From assembly GCA_003022485.1 (NCBI GenBank), contig PXTS01000015.1, positions 753-64,752 of the forward strand: a DNA stretch of 64,000 bases. Direction: 5' to 3'. The notes beneath the pieces were generated by a model. It saw only the letters and a program-made list of their open reading frames with translations, had not been told where the DNA came from and did not search any database. Below are positions 48,404 to 56,093 of the stretch, piece by piece (positions within the stretch are counted from its first letter, which is position 1; each line of letters starts with the position of its first letter). The DNA is from Bacteroidetes bacterium QS_8_68_28 (GTDB lineage Bacteria; Bacteroidota; Rhodothermia; Rhodothermales; Salinibacteraceae). Both the position numbers and the translations under genes were made by a program.

Positions 48404-50325
48404 TCAAAGGTCAATCGTGGCGTACTTGGCGTTGCGCTCGATGAACTCGCGGCGCGGCTCGACGGATCCGCCCATGAGCGTCGAGAAGATGCGGTCCGCC
48501 GCCGCTGCGTCCTCGATGGTGATCTGCTGGGTCATGCGCGTGGCCGGGTCCATCGTGGTCTGCCAGAGCTGCTCGGGGTTCATCTCGCCGAGGCCCTTGT
48601 AGCGCTGGACGGAGGGCGTGCCGCGCACGTCTTGCTCCATCTCGCGCGCGATGCGTTGCTTGTCCTCCTCGGTCCAAGCGTACTCCTCGGTTTGGCCTTT
48701 GTGCACCCGAAAGAGCGGCGGGAGCGCGATGTAGATGTAGCCCTGCTCGATGAGCGGACGCAACTGGCGGTAGAAAAAGGTGAGCAAGAGCGTTCTAATA
48801 TGCGCCCCGTCCACGTCGGCATCGGTCATAATGATCGCACGCTCGTAGCGCAGGTCGTCGAGGCTGAACTCGTCCTCCGTTGAGGTCAGCCCGCAGCCGA
48901 GGGCGGTGACCATGTTGCGGATTTCGTTGTTTTCGAGAATGCGGTCGAGGCGCGCCTTTTCGACGTTGAGGATTTTCCCGCGCAGCGGCAGGATGGCCTG
49001 GAACTGGCGGTCGCGCGCCTGCTTGGCCGAGCCGCCCCCAGCTCGCGGGCCTTGCGGGCGGCGGAGCGCGCCTGCGCGGCCATGACGACCTTCTCGATGA
49101 TCTTCTCGGCGGTGTCGGGGTGGTCCTCCAGCCACTTGCCCAGCTCGGTGCCCACGAGGCTCTCGACGGCCCCCTGCACCTCGCTGTTGCCCAGCTTGGT
49201 CTTGGTCTGGCCCTCGAACTGCGGCTCGGCCACTTTTATCGACAGCACGGCCGTGAGCCCCTCGCGGAAGTCGTCCCCGCGCAGGTCGCACTTGACCTTG
49301 TCGAGCAGGCCGTTGTTCTGCGCGTAGGTTTTGAGCGTGCGCGTGAGGGCGCGCCGGAAGCCGGTGACGTGCGTCCCGCCCTCGTGCGTGTTGATGTTGT
49401 TGACGAAGGTGAGGACGTTTTCGTTGAAGCCGTCGTTGTAGCGCATCGCCAGCTCGACGGGCACCTCGACGCCCTCGCTGCTCTCGATGCGGATCGTTTC
49501 GTGGATGGGCGCGCGCGCCTCGTCGAGGTAGTCGACGAACGCGGCGAGGCCGCCCTCGAACTCGTACTCCTCGCGCCGCAGGTCCTCGTCCTCCTCGCGC
49601 TGGTCCTCGATGGCGATTCGCACGCCGGGGTTCAGGTAGGCCAGCTCGCGCAAGCGGTCGGCGAGCGTGTCGAAACGGAACTCCGTTTCCTTGAAGACGT
49701 CGGTATCCGGCCAGAAGGTGATCTCCGTACCGGTGCGTTCTCCGCCGGAGAGCGCGCGCCCCTCTTCGACCGGCCCGAGCGGAGCGCCTTTTTCGTATGT
49801 CTGCCGCCAGAGGCGGCCGTCGCGGCGGACCTCCGCCTCGAAGCGCTCGCTGAGCGCGTTCACGCAGGAAACGCCCACCCCATGCAGCCCGCCGCTGACC
49901 TTGTAGCTGCCCTCGTCGAACTTGCCGCCGGCGTGGAGAACGGTCATCACCACCTCCAGGGCCGAGCGGCCTTCCGCGGGGTGCTCCTTGATGGGAATGC
50001 CGCGCCCGTCGTCGGTGACGCTCACGCAGCCGTCCTCGCAGATGAAGACCTCGATCTCGGAGCAGTGCCCGGCCATGGCCTCGTCGATGGCGTTGTCGAC
50101 GACCTCGTAGACGAGGTGGTGGAGGCCGCGCATCCCGACGTCGCCGATGTACATGGCCGGGCGCTTGCGCACCGCCTCGAGCCCTTCGAGAATCTGAATA
50201 TTCGACGCGGCGTAGGCGCTGAGCTCGCGGTCGGTATCGATGTCGCCAGCGTCGAGCGCTTCGGCGTCGGGCGTCCCGTTTTCGGGAGGCGCGTCGGCGG
50301 CGGGATCGGTCGTCGTCGAGTCCAT
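48404..50325 (-). pseudogene. gyrB: DNA gyrase subunit B, reading frame broken by loss of ~37 codons in the Toprim domain
   Basis: The N-part is in the frame of ORF 48886..50478, from ATG 50325 ([11 protein letters not shown]). It contains [17 protein letters not shown] and [13 protein letters not shown] and runs to AARKAREL. The C-part is in the frame of ORF 48404..50386, from [28 protein letters not shown] through [24 protein letters not shown] and [13 protein letters not shown]. The frames meet at ~49036-49044, and the EGDSA-containing segment is absent. Confidence 0.85.
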
Positions 50326-50488
50326 GCGCGCGGGGAGCGAGGCGAACGGGAAAAAGATCGAGCTGGGCGGACCGCTGGGACCGCACATGCTATCCTTTGC
50401 GCAACGCGCACAGCGCGCGAGAGTTCGCGGGAGTGCAGGGACGTTTATCGAAAAGCAAGCGCCCCCGCCAGATGCCACGCATCCTGTG

Positions 50489-51130
50489 CTACAACTCCCG
50501 CTCCAGCCACGCCGCGAAGCTCAAGAGACGCTGCAGGAAGAGCGTCAGCGGTTCACCGAAGCGGTCCTCGCCGGAGGCGTCGTCGACCGCATCGAGCGTG
50601 GACAGCTCGCCCCGGCAGCGACGCGCCTCCTCCACGAGCTCCTCCGAGACGGCCGGATACAGGCTCATCAGGCGCTGGTGGGCACTGTGCAAGAGGCGGC
50701 CCGTGCGGCGCAGCTTCATCAGCACGTCGAACTGGCGCACCATGGCAACCCGCCGCCCTCGCGCGGGCGGCTCAGGGTTTTCGTCGCCGGGCTTGCCGTC
50801 CGGCGGGAGACCGTCCGGCGGGAGACCGTCCGGCGGGAGACCGTCCGGCGGGAGACCGTCCGACTGGGAGCTGGCTGACGGGAGAGGGCGCGCGGCCTGC
50901 ACCTTCGCCATGAGAAGCTGCATGTGCAGGCGCGTGAGCTCGCGGGCCGCCTCGGCGAGATAGGCGCGCGCGTCGTCGGCGGACTGCTGGGCAGCGGGGT
51001 CGCGCCCGGCCCGGCGCTCCCCAATTGCCCCCTTCACCGTCCAGGCCGTCTGGAGCGTTGCCAGGAGCGCCATCGGCGGCAGGGTCGTGTCCGTTTCCCC
51101 GCCGGGGGCGTCGGGAGAAGAAAGGCTCAT
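50489..51130 (-). CDS. Hypothetical protein (213 aa) with internal DGLPP pentapeptide repeats
   Basis: ORF track, strong third-position G/C. No recognisable domain. Helical-looking N- and C-parts are joined by SQSDGLPPDGLPPDGLPPDGLPPDGKPGDENPEPP. Confidence 0.65.
   Translation of the reverse strand: MSLSSPDAPGGETDTTLPPMALLATLQTAWTVKGAIGERRAGRDPAAQQSADDARAYLAEAARELTRLHMQLLMAKVQAARPLPSASSQSDGLPPDGLPPDGLPPDGLPPDGKPGDENPEPPARGRRVAMVRQFDVLMKLRRTGRLLHSAHQRLMSLYPAVSEELVEEARRCRGELSTLDAVDDASGEDRFGEPLTLFLQRLLSFAAWLEREL
50796..50864. repeat. In-frame 15-nt coding tandem repeat (4 perfect units + partial)
   Basis: CCGTCCGGCGGGAGA occurs four times, followed by CCGTCCGAC. On the minus strand it encodes (DGLPP)x4. 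Confidence 0.9.
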
Positions 51131-51275
51131 GGCGCAGGAGAAACGTCCGTTGGAACTGGGAGGGCCGTGGACGGCGGACTTTCAAGCCGCCGGCGTCAGC
51201 ACATAGAGATCAATACACAAAGAACCGCCGTCGGCGGTCCACGGTTCACCGTTCAAAGGGGGCAACGCACCCGAA

Positions 51276-52034
51276 TCACACCTCCAGGTAGCGCATGAAC
51301 TCCTGCACGCGCTCGAGGATTTCGTCGTCCTGCTCGCCGAAGGAAGCGACGATGTCGAAGCCGTTGTGTTCGAGCATGTGGCACACGCGCGTCGTGTCGG
51401 TAGCGTTAAGCTTGACGGTGAGGCGGCGCGGGCCGCCCTGGCCGTCGGCGGGTTCTGAAGCCACGGAGAGGACCTTTACGTCGCTCTGCTCGATGAGGTG
51501 GACGAGCTGGGCGAGCGAGTAGTCGCGCTGCTCGGCTTCGAGGGCCAGGATCGCGCCCGGCTCCTGTGTGGAGAGCATTCGCGCGAACCGCTCGAAAAGG
51601 TCGCGCCGGTGCACCACGCCGAGGTAGCGCTCCGGCGCCTCGGCGGAGGCCGCGTTGTGCTGGCGGGCCGCATGCACCCCGTTGGCCGCCGTTTCGGTCA
51701 CGGAGTCGGCGGCCGAGCTGCCGACGTTGGTAATCGGCTCGGCGACGGGGAGAACCGAGAGGTCGTGCTCCACCATCGCGCGCGTGGCGTCGAAGACGTG
51801 CGCCCCGGGCCGCACGCTTACCGGGCGCGCCCCCAACAGAGCCCGCACGGGGGCTTCCGCGTCGGGGGCTTCCAGCAGCTGCTCTTCGCTGACGAGGCCC
51901 ACCAGGGCACCCGTGTCATCCACGACCGGCTGGTGAGCCACGCCGTGCTCCAAGAGGGTGGCGAGAGCCGTCTCGACCGGATCGCCGGGAGCGAGCGGGG
52001 CGGGCGACTCGGTAAGGAGCGCGCGTACTTTCAT
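51276..52034 (-). CDS. CBS-domain pair protein with C-terminal ACT-like region
   Basis: 252 aa. CBS text is VAHQPVVDDTGALVGLVSEEQLL and LSVLPVAE...YLGVVHRRDLF. The C-terminus reads RLTVKLNATDTTRVCHMLEHNGFDIV. Confidence 0.85.
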   Translation of the reverse strand: MKVRALLTESPAPLAPGDPVETALATLLEHGVAHQPVVDDTGALVGLVSEEQLLEAPDAEAPVRALLGARPVSVRPGAHVFDATRAMVEHDLSVLPVAEPITNVGSSAADSVTETAANGVHAARQHNAASAEAPERYLGVVHRRDLFERFARMLSTQEPGAILALEAEQRDYSLAQLVHLIEQSDVKVLSVASEPADGQGGPRRLTVKLNATDTTRVCHMLEHNGFDIVASFGEQDDEILERVQEFMRYLEV

Positions 52035-52149
52035 GGCACGTCGAAGGGGGCGAGGCGCGATACTTCGTCGTTGGGGGGAGAGCGGCCACTAAGAAGACGA
52101 GCAATCCCCGTGCCGTGTTCGCCGGAAGAGACTTTATGGGACAGATCTC

Positions 52150-53640
52150 TCATGCCGGGGCCGAAAACTCCTCGACCGGAGCCGCCTCCGTTGCAGAAGC
52201 GTCCTCCACGACGCTCTTCACAGCGGGCGGCTGGTCGGGGAGCGGGCGCAGGTCAGGGAGCTCTTCGAGCTGGCTTTGCAGGCGCGCGTCGTGGCGCGGG
52301 GCGAGGCGAAAGCGCATCCGTGCGGCGGCCTGCGGCTCGGCGTCCGCGCGGCCGTTCTGGGCGTAGAGGTAGTCCTCCTCGCGCACGTCGGCCACGTCGT
52401 GGATGAAGGAAATCACCGGCTGCGCCGTGACGGGCACGCACACGCGGCGCTCCACGAAGTGCTGCTCGACGACTTCCAGCAGGCGTTCTTCGAGCCGCGA
52501 GAGGCCGATCCCGCGCAGCGCCGAGACGAACACCGCATTGGGATATCGTTTTTTGAGCGCCCCGACCAGGCCCTGGTCTTTCAGCGCGTCGATTTTGTTG
52601 AACGCTACGAGCGTCGGTTTGTCTTTCGCGCCCATTTCCCCGAGGGTCTTCCTCACCACGCGCATGTGGTCCTCGAAGCTGCGGTGCGTCACATCCACCA
52701 CGTGCAAGAGCGCGTCGCTCTCGCGCGTCTCGTCGAGGGTGGACTTGAAGCTCTCGACCAGCGCGTGCGGCAGCTTGCGAATGAAGCCGACCGTGTCGGA
52801 GAGGAGCACGTCTTTGTTGGTGTCGAGCTGGACCTGCCGGGTCGTCGCGTCGAGGGTGGCGAAGAGGCGGTCCTCTGCCAGAACGTCCGCCCCAGCGAGG
52901 GCGTTCATGAGAGTAGACTTGCCGGCGTTGGTGTAGCCGACGACCGAGACGCGCGTGGTGCCGGTGCGACCCTTGCGCTGCGTCTGGCGCTGCTGGTCGA
53001 TCTCGTCGAGCTCGCGCCGCAGCTTGGCCATGCGCGTGTCGATCAGGCGGCGGTCCGTCTCGATCTGCGTCTCGCCGGGCCCCTTGGTCCCGATGCCGCC
53101 TTCCTGGCGCGAAAGGTGCGTCCAGCGCCGCGTCAGCCGGGAGCGGATGTAGTCCAGCTGCGCGAGCTCGACCTGCGTCTTAGCCGCCGCCGTCTGCGCC
53201 CGGCTGGCGAAGATGTCGAGGATCAGCCCCGTACGGTCCAGCAGCTTGCAGCCGACCTCCTTTTCGATGTTCTGCACTTGCCCGGGCGTGAGCTCGCCGT
53301 CGAAGATGACGATATCCGCCTCTTTGGCCTTCGCCATTCCCGCCAGTTCTTGCACCTTGCCCTCGCCGATGAAGGTGGCCGGGTCGATCTCTGAAAGCGA
53401 CTGCGTAAGCCGCCCGATCACGCGCGCCCCGGCGGTGACGGCGAGGTGTTCGAGTTCGCCCAGCGCCTCCTGCATGTCGTAGGAGGTGAGGCCGGGCCGC
53501 GCCACGCCGACGAGGAGGGCCGTCTCACGCTCGCCCGAGGAGATGCGCGTGATCGAGTCCGTGCTGGCGGCATCGGGCGTGGACTGCTGCTGGCGGGGCT
53601 CGTGCAAAGGCGGGCGGGGACGGGAGGGGAAAAGCTGCAA
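52150..53640 (-). CDS. hflX: GTPase HflX
   Basis: 496 aa (TTG start, uncertain). Contains GKVQELAGMAKAKEADIVIFDGELTPGQVQNIEK and GPGETQIETDRR. G1 is GYTNAGKST, G3 is DTVGF and G4 is NKID. Confidence 0.9.
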   Translation of the reverse strand: MQLFPSRPRPPLHEPRQQQSTPDAASTDSITRISSGERETALLVGVARPGLTSYDMQEALGELEHLAVTAGARVIGRLTQSLSEIDPATFIGEGKVQELAGMAKAKEADIVIFDGELTPGQVQNIEKEVGCKLLDRTGLILDIFASRAQTAAAKTQVELAQLDYIRSRLTRRWTHLSRQEGGIGTKGPGETQIETDRRLIDTRMAKLRRELDEIDQQRQTQRKGRTGTTRVSVVGYTNAGKSTLMNALAGADVLAEDRLFATLDATTRQVQLDTNKDVLLSDTVGFIRKLPHALVESFKSTLDETRESDALLHVVDVTHRSFEDHMRVVRKTLGEMGAKDKPTLVAFNKIDALKDQGLVGALKKRYPNAVFVSALRGIGLSRLEERLLEVVEQHFVERRVCVPVTAQPVISFIHDVADVREEDYLYAQNGRADAEPQAAARMRFRLAPRHDARLQSQLEELPDLRPLPDQPPAVKSVVEDASATEAAPVEEFSAPA

Positions 53641-53770
53641 GGACTCTTACCCGGCACAGCGGGCAGAGTTGCGCGCCCCCGGTTGAAAATTGCGGCCCAG
53701 ACGCCGGACATTTTTATTTCGGATTGGCTCGTTCGGGGCCTCCAACCGCAAGTCGCAAGTCGTAAATCCC

Positions 53771-54313
53771 GTGCCGCGCCTCTTTGCCGCCCTCGACCCG
53801 CCGGGCCCCGCCCGCAAAGCCGTGAACACGCTGCGCACGGATGACCTCGACGGGGCGCGCCGAACGCCGCCGGAGCAGTACCACCTCACGCTTCGCTTCT
53901 TCGGCGATGTGGGCGAGGAACACGCCACCGCCGTCGAAGACGCGCTCGCCGGAGTAGACGCCGAAGCGCCCGCGTTGCGCAGCACCGGCCTCATCGCGCT
54001 GCCGTCGCGCCGCCGCCCGCGCGTGCTGGCAGTGACTTTCGCGCGCACCGAAGCGCTGAAGACGCTACACGAGCAGGTCGAAGCGGCGGCCCGTGCGTTG
54101 GGTTTCGAGGCAGAGACGCGTCGCTTTCGCCCGCACCTCACCTTCGCCCGGCTGAACGAGGCCGACCCGCAGGCCGTCGTCCGCTTCCTGCGCACCCAGC
54201 CCGTGCCCGACGTGTCGTTCACCGCGTCGGCGTTTCACCTCTACGAGAGCGAACTGCGCCCCGACGGCGCCCGGCACCAGCGCCGCGCCGCGTTTGCGCT
54301 GGAAGGACGTTGA
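53771..54313 (+). CDS. thpR: RNA 2',3'-cyclic phosphodiesterase (2H family, ThpR/LigT)
   Basis: ORF 53690..54313; in-frame GTG 53771 (VPRLFAALDPP) is preferred. Two HxT/S motifs are present: HLTLRF and HLTFAR. Confidence 0.85.
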   Translation: MPRLFAALDPPGPARKAVNTLRTDDLDGARRTPPEQYHLTLRFFGDVGEEHATAVEDALAGVDAEAPALRSTGLIALPSRRRPRVLAVTFARTEALKTLHEQVEAAARALGFEAETRRFRPHLTFARLNEADPQAVVRFLRTQPVPDVSFTASAFHLYESELRPDGARHQRRAAFALEGR

Positions 54314-54338
54314 AAGAACCCTTCGCGCTCCCCCGCGC

Positions 54339-54368
54339 CGCCCCTCCGCAATCGCCTTCAGCACGCGC
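54339..54368. repeat. 30-nt direct repeat, copy 1 (duplicate of the GlmU-like gene 3' coding end)
   Basis: CGCCCCTCCGCAATCGCCTTCAGCACGCGC is identical at 29/30 to 54722-54751. Confidence 0.9.
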
Positions 54369-54423
54369 GAGAGGTCCGGGCAAGTATCCCGGTCGCAGGC
54401 GCGGGTCGTGACCACACGAGCGT

Positions 54424-54453
54424 GCTCGTGGAAATCGGGCTCGTGGAAATCGG
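54424..54453. repeat. Perfect 15-nt tandem duplication in the convergent spacer
   Basis: GCTCGTGGAAATCGG occurs twice. The palindrome CACGAGCGTGCTCGTG (54415-54430) overlaps the first five bases of the first unit. Confidence 0.9.
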
Positions 54454-54696
54454 GAACGTCCTCTCTTCGGTAAAAAAGTCGCTCCTTCGGCGCAGTACAT
54501 CACGGCTGTGGAGCGCGCACCGGCGTTCGAAGTCGCACCGCTCTGGGAAGAACGGTTTCGTCGCGGCTTCGAACTGTTCGAGGAGCGGGAAGACAAGACC
54601 TGGGGGGCCTCCCGACTGCATTTCTTTCGCGGCTATGTGCTGGCCGGAAGCTGCGCGATGCCCTCTCGGCGGGCGGCGACTTCCATCAGGCCGGCT

Positions 54697-55860
54697 TCAA
54701 CGCGCTGCTGCGTTCGTGGGGCGCCCCTCCGCAATCGCCTCCAGCACGCGCCGTTGCGCCTCGGTGAGCGGGCGGTTGGCGAACACGTCCACAACCGTGC
54801 CGGTGTTAAAGCCCGTCCCAATGCCGCACTTGGCGTGGTCGCCCATGAAGAGGCCCGCAAACTGGCGTCCACTCTCCTCGACCTCTTCGCTCTGGCCGTT
54901 CCAGAGGCTGATCTCCCCGTAGTCGTTTTTGAGGTTGGAGGTGATCGTGCCTGCCCCCAGGTTGCACCAGCGCCCCAGGTACGAGTCGCCCACGAAGCCG
55001 CCGTGCGCCTTGTTCGAGAGCGACTGAAAAATGGTGCCCTCTACCTCCCCGCCGACCTTGCACCAGAAGCCCAGCGCACTCGCCTCGACGTGCGCCTGCG
55101 GCTTCACCTCGCACCGGGGGCCGACGTAGGCCGGCCCGCGCACCACCGCGTTCTCCATGATCGTCGCGTCTTCGCCGACGTAGACGGGTCCGTCCGCCGC
55201 GCTCACGACCGCGCCGGGGCGCACCGTGGCCCCTTCGCCGACGAAAACGCGCTCGCCCTCGACCAGCCGGGCTCCGTCCTGGAGGTTCGCGCCGGAGCGT
55301 TCACAGATGTCGAGCCCGCCGGGATGCGCAGCAAAGTCGCGTTCGAGGGCCGGACCGAGCGCATCCAGCAGGTCGGGCAGCCTGCTCACGAGCGGCGCGT
55401 CGGGCAGGGTCGTCTCGGGCAGTTGGGCGAAGACGGCCGGCGTCAACGCTTCCTGCGCGAGCGGGCCGGGTGGAAGGTCGGCGGCGGCCCCGCGGGGCAC
55501 GAAGGCGGCGGCGAGCGCGGTCTGGCCTCGCTCGTTGGCCAGGAACGCGCGCGCCTCACCGGCCCGGATCGCCTCGCGGATCGCTTCCAGCGCGTCGCCT
55601 GATTCGGCGATGAGGCGGCCGTTGAGGAACAGCACATCCGTGCCGCCGGGCAGGTGCTCGGGCGTCTCGAATCCGTTCTCCGCCCTCGTCACCGCGCGGA
55701 GGAGGGGGCGGGCGTGCAGCAGCGTCGGCGGCCGGCCGAAGGCGTCGCGCGCCGTTTCGAGGAGAGTGCGCCGGCCCAGGCGCAGGTCGTAGGCAGCGCG
55801 CGTGCGCGAGAGCGGGAAGAGCGCCGCCGCGTGGTCGTCCTCGAAGAGACACAGATGCAT
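54697..55860 (-). CDS. Left-handed beta-helix sugar-nucleotidyltransferase-like protein (alternative GlmU-like family), 3' region apparently shortened
   Basis: 387 aa. The N-terminus MHLCLFEDDHAAALFPLSRTRAAYDLRLGRRTLLE and the LbH region (VGEDATIMENAVVRGPAYVGPRCEV...GDHAKCGIGTGFNTGTVV) fit this family. After NTGTVVDVFAN the usual ~40 residues before the C-terminal LT-E/D-x-R-x-L tail seem to be missing. Confidence 0.8.
   Translation of the reverse strand: MHLCLFEDDHAAALFPLSRTRAAYDLRLGRRTLLETARDAFGRPPTLLHARPLLRAVTRAENGFETPEHLPGGTDVLFLNGRLIAESGDALEAIREAIRAGEARAFLANERGQTALAAAFVPRGAAADLPPGPLAQEALTPAVFAQLPETTLPDAPLVSRLPDLLDALGPALERDFAAHPGGLDICERSGANLQDGARLVEGERVFVGEGATVRPGAVVSAADGPVYVGEDATIMENAVVRGPAYVGPRCEVKPQAHVEASALGFWCKVGGEVEGTIFQSLSNKAHGGFVGDSYLGRWCNLGAGTITSNLKNDYGEISLWNGQSEEVEESGRQFAGLFMGDHAKCGIGTGFNTGTVVDVFANRPLTEAQRRVLEAIAEGRPTNAAAR
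54722..54751. repeat. 30-nt direct repeat, copy 2 (inside the GlmU-like coding tail, encodes RVLEAIAEGR)
   Basis: CGCCCCTCCGCAATCGCCTCCAGCACGCGC matches 54339-54368 at 29/30. Confidence 0.9.
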
Positions 55861-55896
55861 CGCCGGGGCGAGCGAGGAAACGAGTCAGAAAAGCGA

Positions 55897-56088
55897 TTAG
55901 TCCGCCGCGCCCGAGCGCCGGGTCCCGAGTACGTCGCTGATCGAGGCAGCGGCCTCGGAAAGCGCAGCCGGCGGGAGCGTCTTCTCCCCCCGACGGTGGC
56001 GTTTCCGAAAGCCGTAGCCCTCCTCCGTCGGCGACGGGTCGCGGCACACCTCGATGTACCCCTCGCTGCCCCCGACCACGAGCCACAC
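55897..56088 (-). CDS. Small hypothetical protein (~63 aa)
   Basis: The tail of ORF 55897..56784, from in-frame GTG 56088, reads VWLVVGGSEGYIEVCRDPSPTEEGYGFRKRHRRGEKTLPPAALSEAAASISDVLG. Third-position G/C is ~89% by hand count. It sits between the MBL gene stop (56094) and the GlmU-like start. Confidence 0.45.
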   Translation of the reverse strand: MWLVVGGSEGYIEVCRDPSPTEEGYGFRKRHRRGEKTLPPAALSEAAASISDVLGTRRSGAAD

Positions 56089-56093
56089 CTCGC

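Noticed and set aside
54369-54390. GAGAGGTCCGGGCAAG resembles the GAGGAAAGTCCGGGC box of RNase P RNA.
   Set aside because: The AAAGTCC core is not present, and none of the other conserved RNase P (or SRP or tmRNA) blocks are found nearby.
54508-55602. The plus-strand ORF beginning VERAPAFEVAPLWEERFRRGFELFEEREDKTWG looked protein-like at its start.
   Set aside because: There is no codon-position G/C contrast (about 68/52/72% by hand count). There is no ATG, and the rest of the ORF is simply antisense to the GlmU-like gene.
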